Positions 22,917 through 36,515 of a stretch of DNA of 64,000 bases are shown piece by piece. The notes under the pieces were generated by a model. It was not told the DNA's origin. It did not search any database and worked only from the letters and a program-made list of their open reading frames with translations. Position 1 is the stretch's first letter, and every line of letters begins with the position of its first letter. Made by a program: the position numbers and the translations under genes. The DNA lies in NCBI RefSeq assembly GCF_001194135.2, contig NC_068989.1, forward strand, positions 91,982,331-92,046,330, in the 5' to 3' direction. Origin of the DNA: Octopus bimaculoides. Its lineage: Eukaryota.

Positions 22917-23836
22917 NNNNNNNNNNNNNNNNNNNNNNNNNNNNNNNNNNNNNNNNNNNNNNNNNNNNNNNNNNNNNNNNNNNNNNNNNNNNNNNNNNNN
23001 NNNNNNNNNNNNNNNNNNNNNNNNNNNNNNNNNNNNNNNNNNNNNNNNNNNNNNNNNNNNNNNNNNNNNNNNNNNNNNNNNNNNNNNNNNNNNNNNNNNN
23101 NNNNNNNNNNNNNNNNNNNNNNNNNNNNNNNNNNNNNNNNNNNNNNNNNNNNNNNNNNNNNNNNNNNNNNNNNNNNNNNNNNNNNNNNNNNNNNNNNNNN
23201 NNNNNNNNNNNNNNNNNNNNNNNNNNNNNNNNNNNNNNNNNNNNNNNNNNNNNNNNNNNNNNNNNNNNNNNNNNNNNNNNNNNNNNNNNNNNNNNNNNNN
23301 NNNNNNNNNNNNNNNNNNNNNNNNNNNNNNNNNNNNNNNNNNNNNNNNNNNNNNNNNNNNNNNNNNNNNNNNNNNNNNNNNNNNNNNNNNNNNNNNNNNN
23401 NNNNNNNNNNNNNNNNNNNNNNNNNNNNNNNNNNNNNNNNNNNNNNNNNNNNNNNNNNNNNNNNNNNNNNNNNNNNNNNNNNNNNNNNNNNNNNNNNNNN
23501 NNNNNNNNNNNNNNNNNNNNNNNNNNNNNNNNNNNNNNNNNNNNNNNNNNNNNNNNNNNNNNNNNNNNNNNNNNNNNNNNNNNNNNNNNNNNNNNNNNNN
23601 NNNNNNNNNNNNNNNNNNNNNNNNNNNNNNNNNNNNNNNNNNNNNNNNNNNNNNNNNNNNNNNNNNNNNNNNNNNNNNNNNNNNNNNNNNNNNNNNNNNN
23701 NNNNNNNNNNNNNNNNNNNNNNNNNNNNNNNNNNNNNNNNNNNNNNNNNNNNNNNNNNNNNNNNNNNNNNNNNNNNNNNNNNNNNNNNNNNNNNNNNNNN
23801 NNNNNNNNNNNNNNNNNNNNNNNNNNNNNNNNNNNN
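22917..23836. other. Largest assembly gap (others at 956-1200, 3946-4210, 27935-27944, 31059-31261, 36516-36840, 37843-38389, 46153-46516, 51007-51064, 56528-56721)
   Basis: Runs of n, mostly flanked by (TA)n. Confidence 0.95.
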
Positions 23837-24252
23837 GAAGGCATATCTGAGAGAGCAACTATAAAAAGCAATGGTCCCAAAACAGTGCCCTGTGGAACAC
23901 CGCTCATTATTTGTGTTCTCATAGAGGTGGCTCCATTAGCCACTACTGCCTGACTTCTATCTTTCCGAAAGTCATGCAACCACTCTCCAAGTTTTCCAGC
24001 TATGCTAAGATCACGCAGTTTGTGGCATATCACACCATGATCCACTTTGTCAAAAGCTTTTGCAAAATCAAGGTATATTACGTCCACATTTGAATTGTTG
24101 AGTAACTGCCTCAACACCCAGTCGTAATGTTGTAAGAGCTGGGTCAGGCAGCTCCTACCTGGTCGAAAGCCATGTTGGGTATCACTCAGCAATTTATTTT
24201 CTTCAAGGAATGCGATCAGTTTTCCTCTGATTATCCTTTCCATGACTTTGCT
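23837..24252 (-). mobile_element. CR1/L2-group LINE reverse transcriptase fragment, truncated by a gap
   Basis: KVMERII...QHGFRPGRSCLTQLL...VDVIYLDFAKAFDKVDHG...SGVPQGTVLGPLLF, open throughout. Confidence 0.9.
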
Positions 24253-24436
24253 GATGTGTACATTATTTAAAACGGACGGACTGATATCTTTACCTTGCTT
24301 GTTGTTACCACAACTTTTCGGCTGATGTACTTTCCTGCCTTCATCAGATGTTCTGATGGAATTTCGAATCCAAGCCTTTAAGTGACTAATGAGAACAGAG
24401 TACCTCTTAATCACATAAAGGGTTGGATTCGAAATG
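24253..24436. mobile_element. Partial copy of the palindromic Penelope-derived element (one arm plus start of the second)
   Basis: Colinear with 20940-21110; hammerhead reads GAAAAGTT (C15.2 lost). Confidence 0.8.
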
Positions 24437-24437
24437 T

Positions 24438-24538
<101 letters not shown>

Positions 24539-24873
24539 TGTGTTTCAAATGCACATAAAACATAAGATAGAAACAAGTTAGGGAACAAGTACGTGTATTT
24601 GTTTGACGCTCGTGAAAATGAGAAGTCTTTGATATTTTGAGCCTACGCTCTTCTACAGAAAGGGATGAGAGGGAAGGAAAAAGAGCAGAGAGAAATAAAA
24701 ACGGAGAGAAAAAAATGTGTCGGGATGAACGCTTCTACTATATATATATATTGCTGACATCGTATGAATTAATATACTTTCGAGACAACAGTAAAGGATT
24801 GTTTCTGAAATTCGATCTCGAAGCTGATATGAACCTAGGGATTTTTAAACCATATATTTACGTGCTATTTATA

Positions 24874-25162
24874 GGCGCAGAAGTGGCTGTGTGGTACGTA
24901 CCTTGCTTACCAACTACATGGCTAGAGGTTCAGTACCACTGCGTGGCACCTTGGGCAGGTGTCTGTGTGTGATTGTCCCCCACATCATCGCTTTACAATC
25001 GATATTGGTCTGTTTACGTCCCCGTAACTTAACGGTTCGGCAAAAGAGACCAATAAAATAAGTACTAGGGTTATAAAGAATAAGTCCTGGGCTCGATTTG
25101 TTCGACTAAAGGCGGTGGTGTAGCATAGTCGCAGTTAAATTACTGAAACAAATAAAAGAAAA
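24874..25162 (+). mobile_element. SINE family A with intact head and an internal deletion
   Basis: Uninterrupted head ggcgcagaagtggctgtgtggtacgtaccttgcttaccaactacatgg; serves as the empty-site comparator for 2264/6109. Confidence 0.85.
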
Positions 25163-25339
25163 GCTGTATATGTGCTCTGGGGGAAGACAGCTCCAATAGA
25201 AGAAGGGTATTCTATCAAAATCCTAGGAGTCATCTTTCAACTCTTGTCATTTGTGACCTACTATGGTGAACAAGAGGGAAAGAGAAATGTGCTGTACAAG
25301 CTCTTTTCATTTAAATCTAATGGCGTACAGATGCCCCAC

Positions 25340-25500
25340 GATCATTGCTGATTGTGAAACGGCCACCATGTTACAAGATGAGACAATCCTCATCACTAGC
25401 AAATAAATGACGACGTCCTCTCAATAAGGTCTCTTGAACCGCTAGCTGGGTTGTAGAGGGAGCAGATAACCGACAGAAGAGAGATGCGATGAGACCGAAA
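25340..25500 (+). mobile_element. Possible very degraded RTE-type LINE 3' end
   Basis: Fragmentary GHHVTR* and GVVEGADNRQKR resemble the RTE C-terminal GHV.R ... G.VEG.R.RGRQ.KRW motif. Confidence 0.3.
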
Positions 25501-25547
25501 CAGGGTTGTGGTGAGGACGAACATAGATAGATATACAGTACACACAC

Positions 25548-25619
<72 letters not shown>

Positions 25620-26451
25620 GCGAGCTTATTTAGATTTCACCTACCAAATCCACTCACAAAGCTTTGGTTGTCCCGAGAAAAGAATGACCGAAGGGACATC
25701 TGATGAAGGCAGGAGAGGGTACAAGTGTCTGTCGAATGCAAATAAACAAATTCCTTACCACAAAGCAACCTTAGTGTGTGTGTGTGTGTGTTAAGTAATC
25801 AATAATGATTATCTTCATGAAGGGAGACATAAGTGGGCTAACTTTTATGTAAGGCGAATACATTTATTATAATAAAGGAGATAAATATTTGTTCATTTCT
25901 ACATTCTTTAAATGCACGTGACTCGATAGAAAATTTTCTCAGCATCAGCCAGAATAGAGGCAAACTGAAAACCATATATATTTGTGTGTGTGTGTGTGAT
26001 TATTTTAACAAAAGAAAAATAAATTAATCTTTACCCAACCTATTGAAAGATAAGGCTTAAATTTTAAGCAGATTCAAATAGATTTTGAGACAATCTCTAA
26101 ATATATAGAAAACCGTTTTTGCTGCTTCGCCCCCATCTCGTAAAAATTACTACTGAGAACTACTTAACAAAATGTCTTCTAATATATAAGGCCGACAATT
26201 TAGAGGAAACAAAACTTGTCAATTACGTCGACTCCAGTGCTTGATGGATACTTTATTTTATTAACCTTTATAATATGAAATAATAAAAAAAAAATCAACT
26301 CCGGCGTAATTTGAACTCCAAATGTCATGCATCGAAGCAAATTTCGCAAAGCATTTTTTCCCCTACGTGAACGATGTTACTAATCCTGCACCATGCAACT
26401 ACCCTTAATTTTATTTATTTATTTATTTTCTTTCTCTCTTTTTACATTTAA

Positions 26452-26672
26452 GATGATGAGCTTGCAGAATCGTTACTGCCCCGGAGAAAAAAAAAAGAGC
26501 TTTGTGGCACTCTTTCTCTTTTTATATCCCGAGTTCAAATACCGCTGGGATCGATGCTGCCTTTTAATTCTTTCAGGATCGATAAAATAAATAACGGTAG
26601 AGTATCGGAGTCGATATAATCAACTTACGCCTCCCCCGAAATTGATGGCTTTGTGTCAAAATTTGAAACCAA
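26452..26672 (+). mobile_element. SINE family E (CORE-like); further degraded minus-strand copies at about 26170-26385, 26745-26880 and 26915-27112
   Basis: gagcttgcagaatcgtta...gagttcaaataccgc...gcctttt...ttcaggatcgataaaat...gatataatcaactt. Confidence 0.7.
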
Positions 26673-27639
26673 TATAATTTCCAACTTTGACAAAAGAACA
26701 AGTTTTGATTTCACCGGACTAATAGATTACATGGCCTTCACTGATATTTCTTTTTATCGGTTTTGATAAGTAGAAAAGTAAACTTGACCTCGGTGGGATT
26801 TGAACTCAAAACGTAAAGAGCCGGAGGTAATACTGTTAAGCTTTCAGCCCGATGCATTAACGATTTTAATAGCTTTCCACCTCACTGTTACAGTAAATAA
26901 TCATTTCTACGCTAGTTAAAAGACCTGAAATTTTGAGGAAGGGACCACGTTCGGTGCATCGACCCTAATTCTCGATTGCTATTATTTTGTCGATCTCGAA
27001 AGGATGACGGAAAAACTTGACTTCGACGTGACTTGAGCCAAGAATGCAAAGAGCCAATAACAAAGCAACTATTGTCTTTTGTGTGATGGACTAATGATTC
27101 GGCCAGCTCACCATCTTGCTGCTTCTATGAATAACAATGATAAATATACATAAATAAAACAGGGCGGAGAGAGGAACAGAATGCAAGCAAACAATAAGTA
27201 AATCTACAAATAAAAATTCAATCTTTGATCGAAAGTTTCAAAAGGTCACTTAGAGCTAAATGTAAAGCTGTCCAAAATACGAGATAATTGTGTTTATATA
27301 TGAAGCTCACATATTAAATACATTAAATGCACTCATCTTTAAGTGTACAATAATTCAGTGATATACAAGGGATAAAGCTGAGCAGACACGAGTAGACATG
27401 GCGCCGAATGATTAATGTCGGCAAGAAACGACACATGTATCAATTCCAATAGTCGAGGTTAACGGTTCCGTTGCACTTTAGAAAATCTCGTTGTACGGGC
27501 AGCTATCACTGATTGTATATAGGGAGAATGCTTTACTAGCAAGGTAGGCCACCCACCTTTGGTTTGGAGGCTGCAGTTATTTGCTTGAGTCTCTTCTGTG
27601 AGTCGTTGGCGGTCCTGTTCTAGTGTTCAACGGATTTAT

Positions 27640-27944
27640 CTTTTACTGGTTTCAGGTATTAGACTGCGGCCAAGCTGGGGCACAACCTTGAAGAATTTTA
27701 GTCGAACGAATCGACACATTACATTTCTTCGTTTGTTTGTAAGAACTGGTACTTATTCTATCGGGTCTCTTTTGCCAAACTGCTGAGTTACGGGGACGTA
27801 AACTCACCAATACTGGTTGTAAAGTGGTAGAGGAGTACTCACACAAAGCGACGCACAAAAGACGTACAAAGTGAAGCAGGCAGGCACACACGTACGCTCG
27901 CAAACACACACACACACACACACACACAATAAATNNNNNNNNNN

Positions 27945-27975
<31 letters not shown>

Positions 27976-28105
27976 TACACAATGGGTTTTCCGCCAACGA
28001 ATCCGCTCACAAGGCTTTGGCATCTGCCCATGGTGCCAAGCGGTGGGACTGAACCGAGTACCATGTAATGAGAAGCAAACTTCTTCCCACACAGCCACGC
28101 CTGTA
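27640..28105 (-). mobile_element. SINE family A, near full length
   Basis: Head (reverse complement gcgtggctgtgtgggaagaagtttgcttc) and tail (gagttacggggacgtaaactcaccaatac). Confidence 0.8.
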
Positions 28106-28212
28106 AACATAGGCTTATCTTTCTCCAGTCTGCCTGCAAATCTATATAGTGCCTCCACACACTTTGGTAACACTTCTGCTGCTGTATCATATTTAACATA
28201 TATAAGGAAACG

Positions 28213-28415
28213 GTTATGAGCTGGCAGAATCTTTAACACTTCCAACAACAGCATTTCTTTCGGAATTACATTTCGAGTTTCAATGTCGCCGAGGTCGACT
28301 TTGGCTTTCGTCATTTCAGGGTCGATTAAGACAAAACACTATTCAAGTATCGGCGGCGATGTAGTCGACTTGCCCCTCCCCTCCTAACTGCTTGCTTTGT
28401 GCCAGAATTAGAAGC
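28213..28415 (+). mobile_element. SINE family E (CORE-like)
   Basis: gagctggcagaatc...gccgaggtcgactttggctttc...ggggtcgattaag...gtagtcgacttgcccctccc. Confidence 0.75.
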
Positions 28416-28669
28416 ATTTATATATAACGTCGATATATTCTTCCGACACTACCTTGTTATCTGACAGTATGACCAGAATCCTAAGCGGCTTCTACGTAGA
28501 CTGAAGACGATTTCCAAGATGCAATGTTAGATTTAGTAATCTTTATTTTCCAGATGGAATTATTGCTTCCAATCTCTATTCTTCAGCACACACGTCCCTA
28601 TCGTCTGTTCATACTATAATCCTGACAGATTAACTGTTTAAGCTTAATGCTTCTACGTTCTTCACACAT

Positions 28670-28887
28670 TCTTTTATTCTTTTACTTGTTTCCGTCATTT
28701 GATTGCGGCCATGCTGGAGCACCACCTCTAGTTGAACGAATCAACCCCAGGACTTATTCTTTGTAAGCTTAGTACTTATTTTATTGGTCTGTTTTGCCGA
28801 ACCGCTAATTTACGGGGACGTAAACACACCAACATCAGTTATCAAACGATTGTGGGGGGACGAACACACATAAACATATCTATTTAC

Positions 28888-28922
<35 letters not shown>

Positions 28923-29084
28923 CGACGAGCTTCTTCCAGTTTCCGTCTACCAAATCCACTCACAAGGCTTTGGTCGGCCCGAAACTATAGTAGAAGACAC
29001 TTGCCCAAGGTGCCACGCAGAGGGACTGAACTCGGGACCATTTGGTAGGGAAGGAAGCTTCTTACTACACAGTCCCGCTTTGCG
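28670..29084 (-). mobile_element. SINE family A, full length
   Basis: cttttacttgtttccgtcatttgattgcggccatgctggagc through agaagacacttgcccaaggtgccacgcagagggactgaac. Confidence 0.9.
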
Positions 29085-30601
29085 GGACCTTGGCCAAGTT
29101 TCTTCCATTACGACCTCGGCCCGACTGATGCACCAAAATTACCACACACCTAAACCTGTAAACACGTACAAATACTCATGCACACACACACACAGAGGCA
29201 TGAACACATACACACACATAGGCATGAACACACACACACACACAAACACACACACATACACGCATGAACACGCACGCACACACAAACACACACACACACA
29301 GGCACGAACAAACGCACACACACATATGCCTGTGTATCTTGCCTCTGTTTTCTGTAAAGTTCCACGAATTGACAACCACTGCAAAACTACCAAAAGTGTG
29401 TACGATACTGGGATATATACGACAGCTTCGTTTACATGAAGTTAGTCATTGCAGGCCTTGAAGAGAATAATAATAATAAGAAGAAGAAGAAGAAGAAGAA
29501 GAATAGTTCCCTATGATATGCTCGGTAGAAAATCAACTTGTAGAGATTGACTATGTTGCAGATAACTATGCAGTTGTTCATGGTCTATTCATGCGGTTAA
29601 TTTGCTGATTTCGGTAAATTATGAAATAGGACAGTTCCATGCTGGTTTAAACAGGACGCTATTGTATTGGATTAGACCGAAAGCACTTCTTAGGAGAAGT
29701 ATCACAAAATCGATCCTCTATTGGTTTAGAATCACATATGAAGGAGGCAACACGGCGAACAGGTTGCTTCCATAACACAATTTCTTTATGATTTTTGATC
29801 GGAATTCAAGATCGATAGTATTTACCAGGCTTGAGATCATGCGTTATTTTCCTCCACTGAAAATCACGTTTTGAAGCTGTATGAAGTGAGGGCCCTTATC
29901 AGACGTGTATGTTTGTTACGGGAGATTTTTCCTTAAAACTCAGTCGATAGACTTTAGCTATCAAAATTGGCAAATGCTTTGCAAGCTTTTGATGGCTTAC
30001 GTGAAATGAATTCAGGTGTGGCAGCCCTTGTAAAAGAATAAGAGAGAGAGAGAGAGAGAGAGAGATAGGTAGCGTAGAAGGGGAAATTACGATGCAACAA
30101 GATTTCTAATCGCCATTGCTGTAGATTCTTAGGGGCTTGTCTTAGTCTGACATCCGTATTTCTATTGTAGCGAATATATTTCCTGTCTGAATGTAGATGG
30201 CATGCGGTCATATGGTTTAAGCAGTTTTGTTATCAGGAAAACTATTCTCCTTCAAAGAAAAAAGAACCTCTTATCAGCATAAACACAACACAACACAACA
30301 ACAACACAACACAACAACAACAACAACAACAACACACACACACACACACACATGCATTCGAATTCACGCACACGCGCGCACACAAGCAATGACACACATA
30401 TGGATACATATGTATATATGTACATATACATGTATATATGTATACAAATAAGTACTTATACTTCCACATACGCTCATATATACGTGTATATAGATATATG
30501 TACAGCGTTACCAACCCAAAAATACACATACATTCATATATATTGATTGATCCCCGTTGAACTGTATAGTTGCATAGTTTTGCGCACCCTCACGAGAAAG
30601 G

Positions 30602-30776
30602 GATAAATAAATAGATAGAGATAGAAGGTAGGCAGATAGATAGATAGATAGATAGATAGATGGTTGATAGATTGATAGATAGATAGATGGTAGGTAGATA
30701 AATAGATACAAAGTAGGAAGGTAGGTAGGTAGGTAGATAAATAAACAGATAGGCAGATAGATAGATAGATAGATAC
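30602..30776. repeat. (GATA)n compound microsatellite
   Basis: Direct reading. Confidence 0.95.
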
Positions 30777-31424
30777 ATTTCTTTTATTAGCCACACAGGG
30801 CTCAACGAAGATGGGACAAATACAATGTAGAGCTTTTCTTTTTGGGAGGGGGAAGGAAGGTAAAAAAAAAAAAAAAAAATTGGTGGTGTCGATCAAAAGG
30901 GATCGTAGGAAGGGAAAAAGGGGCAGTTCGATCAAAAGGGATCGAAAAAAAAGAAAAGGAAAGGCCGATCAATAGGGATCGTGTATCACACAGTAATGTT
31001 CTCGTGTAAAAAGAGGGGAGGACAGTTTAGGTTTAGCCGTGGAAGGAAAAGCCTACGGNNNNNNNNNNNNNNNNNNNNNNNNNNNNNNNNNNNNNNNNNN
31101 NNNNNNNNNNNNNNNNNNNNNNNNNNNNNNNNNNNNNNNNNNNNNNNNNNNNNNNNNNNNNNNNNNNNNNNNNNNNNNNNNNNNNNNNNNNNNNNNNNNN
31201 NNNNNNNNNNNNNNNNNNNNNNNNNNNNNNNNNNNNNNNNNNNNNNNNNNNNNNNNNNNNNCTCTCAACTTCCTCTTCAGGTGATACTTGAAGAAGTTGA
31301 TGAGAGATTGCCCAGAGAGGAAAGTCTTTGTCTCTAGACCTTTCAGACGCGTCCACCATACACATTCTTTCGCCATAGCCACAAGTACGATGAAAATAGC
31401 TCTTCCTTCCCGTTTAAAGGAAGG
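30777..31424 (-). mobile_element. 5'-truncated Tx1-clade LINE (ORF2 C-terminus plus 3'UTR), gap inside
   Basis: LSGQSLINFFKYHLKRKLR is homologous to LSCQSLINFFSYHLKRKVR of the long copy; ends GCTAATAAAAG; GATA runs on both sides. Confidence 0.85.
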
Positions 31425-31514
31425 AGAGATAGATAGATAGATAAACAGATAGATAGATACATAAACAGATAGACAGAAAGATAGATAGATAGATAGATAG
31501 ATAAACAGATAGAC

Positions 31515-31556
<42 letters not shown>

Positions 31557-31647
31557 ACAGAAAGATAGATAGATACATAACTAGATAGACAGAAAGTAGG
31601 TAGATAGATAGATAGATATAGATAGATAGACAGACAGATAAATAGAT
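31425..31647. repeat. (GATA)n/(GACA)n compound microsatellite
   Basis: Direct reading. Confidence 0.95.
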
Positions 31648-31899
31648 ATCTTTATTAGCCGAACACAGAGGGGACACAATACAATGAGGACCTTTTCTTT
31701 TCGAAAGAAAAAGGAGTAAGTAGAAAAAAAAAGAGGAAAAAATTCCGATCAAAAGGGATTTGTGTAACACAGAACAGAGTAAACATGTAAAACACAGACT
31801 AGGTTTACCTGCGGAAACAAAAGCCTACAAAAAAGACAACGGTAACCTTAGGCAGGGAGGTAATAAATATGAGAGCGAAGTGCGCTCTCTCTCTCTTTT

Positions 31900-31931
<32 letters not shown>

Positions 31932-33823
31932 TTTCTCTCTCGGATTTACAGTATCATGCTCAAAGTGGTTTCGTCAATTGCGCGAACCATCTTTGCTACG
32001 TTCACCCACCTTTTATTGAATCTTTCATGAGACAAAACTTGCCTCTCTATTCTCACCTTCCTTTTCAAGTGGTAGCTGAAAAAGTTGATGAGCGACTGGC
32101 AAGAGAGGTAGGTGTTTGCCTCTATCGCTCGCATCCATCATGGCCACCAGTACGATAAAAACTGCCTTGCCTTCCCGGTTAAAGGAAGGTGGCGTAGCAA
32201 TTTGCACGATCGACTCGGCCGACAACCGGATTCATCTCACACGTGACAGCAGCCGTTCGGCATAAGCCCACAGGACCGAAATAGTTGGACACTGCACGAG
32301 TGCGTGCAGAACAGTTTCGTCGCTCTGACCGCATCTCGGACAAGTCGGTCCGGTGTATCCCGGACCGTGCCTGGAGAGCTTATCCCGAACGGGTAATGCA
32401 TCCGGATAGCACTGCCAGGTGATTGTCCACAGGTCCCGGCCCGAAAGTTGTCCTGAACAAGCGGGTCAGGTGTTTCTCGTCGACGCCCAGACTCTACCAG
32501 AGAACGTCGTCGCACCTCCCCTCCACTAATCCTCTAAAGAACGCCTTCGTGGAATTGATGTCGCACAAGTTTGGTCCCCGACGGCAGAGTTGCTTAAGAG
32601 CAAGGCGGCATTCGCGGTGCCATTCGCCTAGTCTCGGGTTCTTTTTAATCCAGAACTGTAGTTCGGCCAAGGAGACGAGCTGCGGCAAAGCGCGCCGCAC
32701 AAACGGCGACCACACCTGTTCACCGTCGTCTATGAAGCGCCGGAGATGTCGCAGTCTCAGCGCATGTCTGCGCATCATCAACTACAGCATGCTCAGCCCT
32801 CCTTTTTGTGGGTGTTGACAGTAAATGGATCGCCTAACCATCGGAACGCTTCTCTTCAACAATAAGCGGAGGAGTATAAGTTCCAATTTAGTGATGGAAG
32901 AGTCGGGACAAGGCACGACAGTCAGACGGTAATAAATGACGGATGCGATGTACACGTTCGGCACCTCCACCCGACCTTTTATGGATATCTTCCTCTCCGC
33001 CCATTATTGGGTGAGAGTGGCCACCCTACTCGTTATCTCGTCCCAGTTCTTCTCCATTTGGAGGTCCGGACCGAAGCAGACCCCGAGCAATTTAGCCGGT
33101 CCGTTGGTCAAGCGTCCCACAATGGAGGCTCTGTTGGACAGCATGGGCTTGCTTCTCCATGTGCCGAGCCGAAAGCCCACTGATTTTTCCCTGTTAATTT
33201 TCGCTCTCGTTACCGCTTCCTTTTCTTTTAGTATCTCGCTGAACAGGTTGATATGCCTGTGGCTCGACACTATCAGGTGACGTCGTCCACGTATACAGAC
33301 ACGCTCCTCCCGCATCCCAGTTCTCTCGGATACTTCTCAGCGTCACCAGCTTCCGCAGTAGTGACTCTACAGTCAGTACGTGCAGAAGCGACGAGGGGGG
33401 ACATCCTTGACGGACCGAACGAGTGATGTTAAATGGTCTGGACAGATGACCATTTGCGCGAACTACCGAGCTGATGCCACTGTATAAGGCAGCGTTCCAA
33501 CCGCGGAACACGGGACCGAAACCAGCTGCTCTAAGAACAGCTTCCAAGTAGCGATGGTCGACCCTATCGAAGGCTTTCGTTTGATCCAAATTGACCAGCA
33601 ACACACTCATGCCAGGTTCTTTAACTACCATGTCCATGATGTAGCTCATCAGATGGAGGTTGTCATGGATAGTTGGGCGCCGCACGCCTGATGTTTGCGC
33701 CTTGTCGACTAGTTTCTCGATAACAAACGCCAACCTCTCGGCTAGCACCTTGGCCAAAGTCTTCAAATCTGCGTTGATTAGAGTGATGGTCCTGAATTTA
33801 TCTATGACGCTCCGCTTGTTTGG
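31648..33823 (-). mobile_element. 5'-truncated Tx1-clade (L1 group) LINE: decayed ORF2 RT, CCHC region and 3'UTR
   Basis: FRTITLINADLKTLAKVLAERL...NLDQTKAFDRVDHRYL...SVRQGCPPS; AKINREKSVG...KLLGVCFG; KGGLSML; DETVLHALVQCPTISVLW; several frameshifts; ends GCTAATAAA abutting a GATA run. Confidence 0.9.
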
Positions 33824-34310
33824 GAGAAAAATAAATGCCTGCCAAACATGTGCTGGAGTGCCCGCGGGTTGTGGAATCTGGTCTAACTGATGGCTATGAT
33901 GCGTACATTCTGTGACTTGATGTCATTCTCTGACTTGATGTGGTGGTGGTGGAAGAATTGTTTGTAGTAGTAAACGTTGTCTTTACTTTGTTCATATCTT
34001 CTACCAATAGTCTGGCGTTCTTGTCTGTGCGTTCAAGCAAAACGATATCCTTTTTGGCCCCCATCAATGGGAGCAATGCTGGCTTCGTTTCATTTAGCCA
34101 TTTTCGTTTAGAAGATGACAAAAGAAAACCAGAGGAAATTTACTAAATTTTTAAAATTCACTCACAGTGGGTGGGAATTTCCTATTGAAAGATTTACTTA
34201 AGTTGAAGGAGAAGCTGTTAAACAACTCTTTGACAAAAGATATTTAACAACAAAGAGTTTTTATTTTTCTATACAAATATAGCCAACTTACTTATAGTCA
34301 ACAATCCATT

Positions 34311-34530
34311 CAGATAGATAGATAGATAGATAGAACGTAGGTAGATAAATAGATAGATAGATAGATACATACATACATACATACATACATACATAGAACG
34401 TAGATAGATAAATACATAGATAGACAGATAGACAGATGGGTGGATAGATATATATATATATATAGTTTTATACGTGCATACATACATGCATAGATGGATG
34501 GATAGATATATAGATTTATACACACACACA
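34311..34530. repeat. (GATA)n/(TACA)n compound microsatellite
   Basis: Direct reading. Confidence 0.9.
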
Positions 34531-35206
34531 CATACACAAAGATAAATATATTATTTTTGTATATATGAATACGTATCTGCCTCCTTCACCGCTTATATAA
34601 ATGTGCGTACGTGTATAAAAATGTTTTTGTATATATATAAATATATATATATATGAGTGTGTGCATACAAATGTGTATATATGTATGTGACTTAGATGTG
34701 TGCAAATATTTGTGTGTGTCTGTGTGCGTGTGCATATATTTATATACAATCAACAGTCGGAAAGTCGGGTATTTGGGGAGAGAGCTGATAGAGTATTGTT
34801 CGGAGAATTAATACAAGCACAACTGTTCTATAGTACAAACTAAAACTAAAATGTGATGATGAAATAATGTAATTTGCAAGGAATGAACATTTGGTGTTAT
34901 TTAATCTTTGTGTCTTGTTACGATCTCAATATATCTAGGCCGACATTTATTACACATGCTGTACTTGTTATCGTCTGCAGTTATTGAGTTTCAATACGGC
35001 GTGTGGCGTTTCTTTTTTTTTTTCTCCCATTCTCAATCCATTTCTCTCTTACTTAATTCTTTATAATGTTCTCGTTATTGCTATTTAACATTGTTATTCA
35101 CTTTGATAGTACGGAACCATGCATCTATGTACGTTCCGTATGTATGATATACGTATAAAGGCATATATGTGTATATGTATATATATACATATATATATAT
35201 ATGTAC

Positions 35207-35264
<58 letters not shown>

Positions 35265-35315
35265 TGTGTGTATCTAAATATGTGTTGCGTCGCTTTATTT
35301 ATACATACATATATA

Positions 35316-35359
<44 letters not shown>

Positions 35360-36483
35360 CATTTATGCATGTATTTGTGTGAGGCAATATGAATGTATAT
35401 CTGTGTATATGTACGTGTGTCTATATACATGAATGAATGAATGTAAGCAAGAATTTTGCGTATGTGTGTGTGTATATGTATATATTAATTTCTCTATGTA
35501 TGCATGCGTGTATCTATACATACATATACATACATACACACACACCCACATGCCATATATATATATATATATATATACTAACTACGCCCATGTATATTTC
35601 CGCCTCTCAGTGTATATGCCTTTCCGTCTCTATGGATGTCTATAGAAATGTGTGTGTGTATATACAGAGAGATAGAAGTGGGTAGGAGGGAGGGAGAGAT
35701 ACAGAGAGAGATGTAGATACCTGTATATAGAAAGATACCTACATCCTTGGGGGAAAAGTAAGGTAAACACATTGATCACATCGAAATGTAGATCGGGAGA
35801 TAGATAGATAGAGAGATAGATAGATAAAGACAGACAGATAGATAGATAAAGACAGACAGATAGATAGATAAAGACAGACAGATAGATAGATAAAGACAGA
35901 CGGATAGATAGATAAATGGATACATAGATGGACAGGCAAATAAACTGACACAGACTGACTGATAGATAGATGGATGGATAGATAGAATGAACGAGATATA
36001 GCGGGAATGAGAGAACGATAGGTAGGTAAATAGATTATACAGAACTGATGTAAGTTGATGGTTAGAATAATCTAAAATGAACGAAATGGAATATTCTTTG
36101 TGATTTAAGAAACATTTGTTCTTTTAACCTTCCTAGTTCTGTAATATCTTCCAAACACAATAAACGGCTGTTCATTACTTGTTGCATACTTAGTACAGCA
36201 CGGCTGTTTAGCATATAACATAGCAATACATAAAAACAACATCACAAACTAACAGGACGTGTATGATGGGTTAGTATAACCATATATCAACTTAATTACA
36301 GCATTAACTTACTTTCTTACAGATAATGATCTTATTTATTTATAGTATTTTTGGTGTATTTTTCACAAAATACAGAACGATTGATTTCCAAGGGAGAGCT
36401 AAATACAAACAGCTATATGTGACCGTGGGTGTCTCTCTCTCTCTCTCTGTAGGTGTGTGTGTATGTGTATATATATATATATG

Positions 36484-36515
<32 letters not shown>

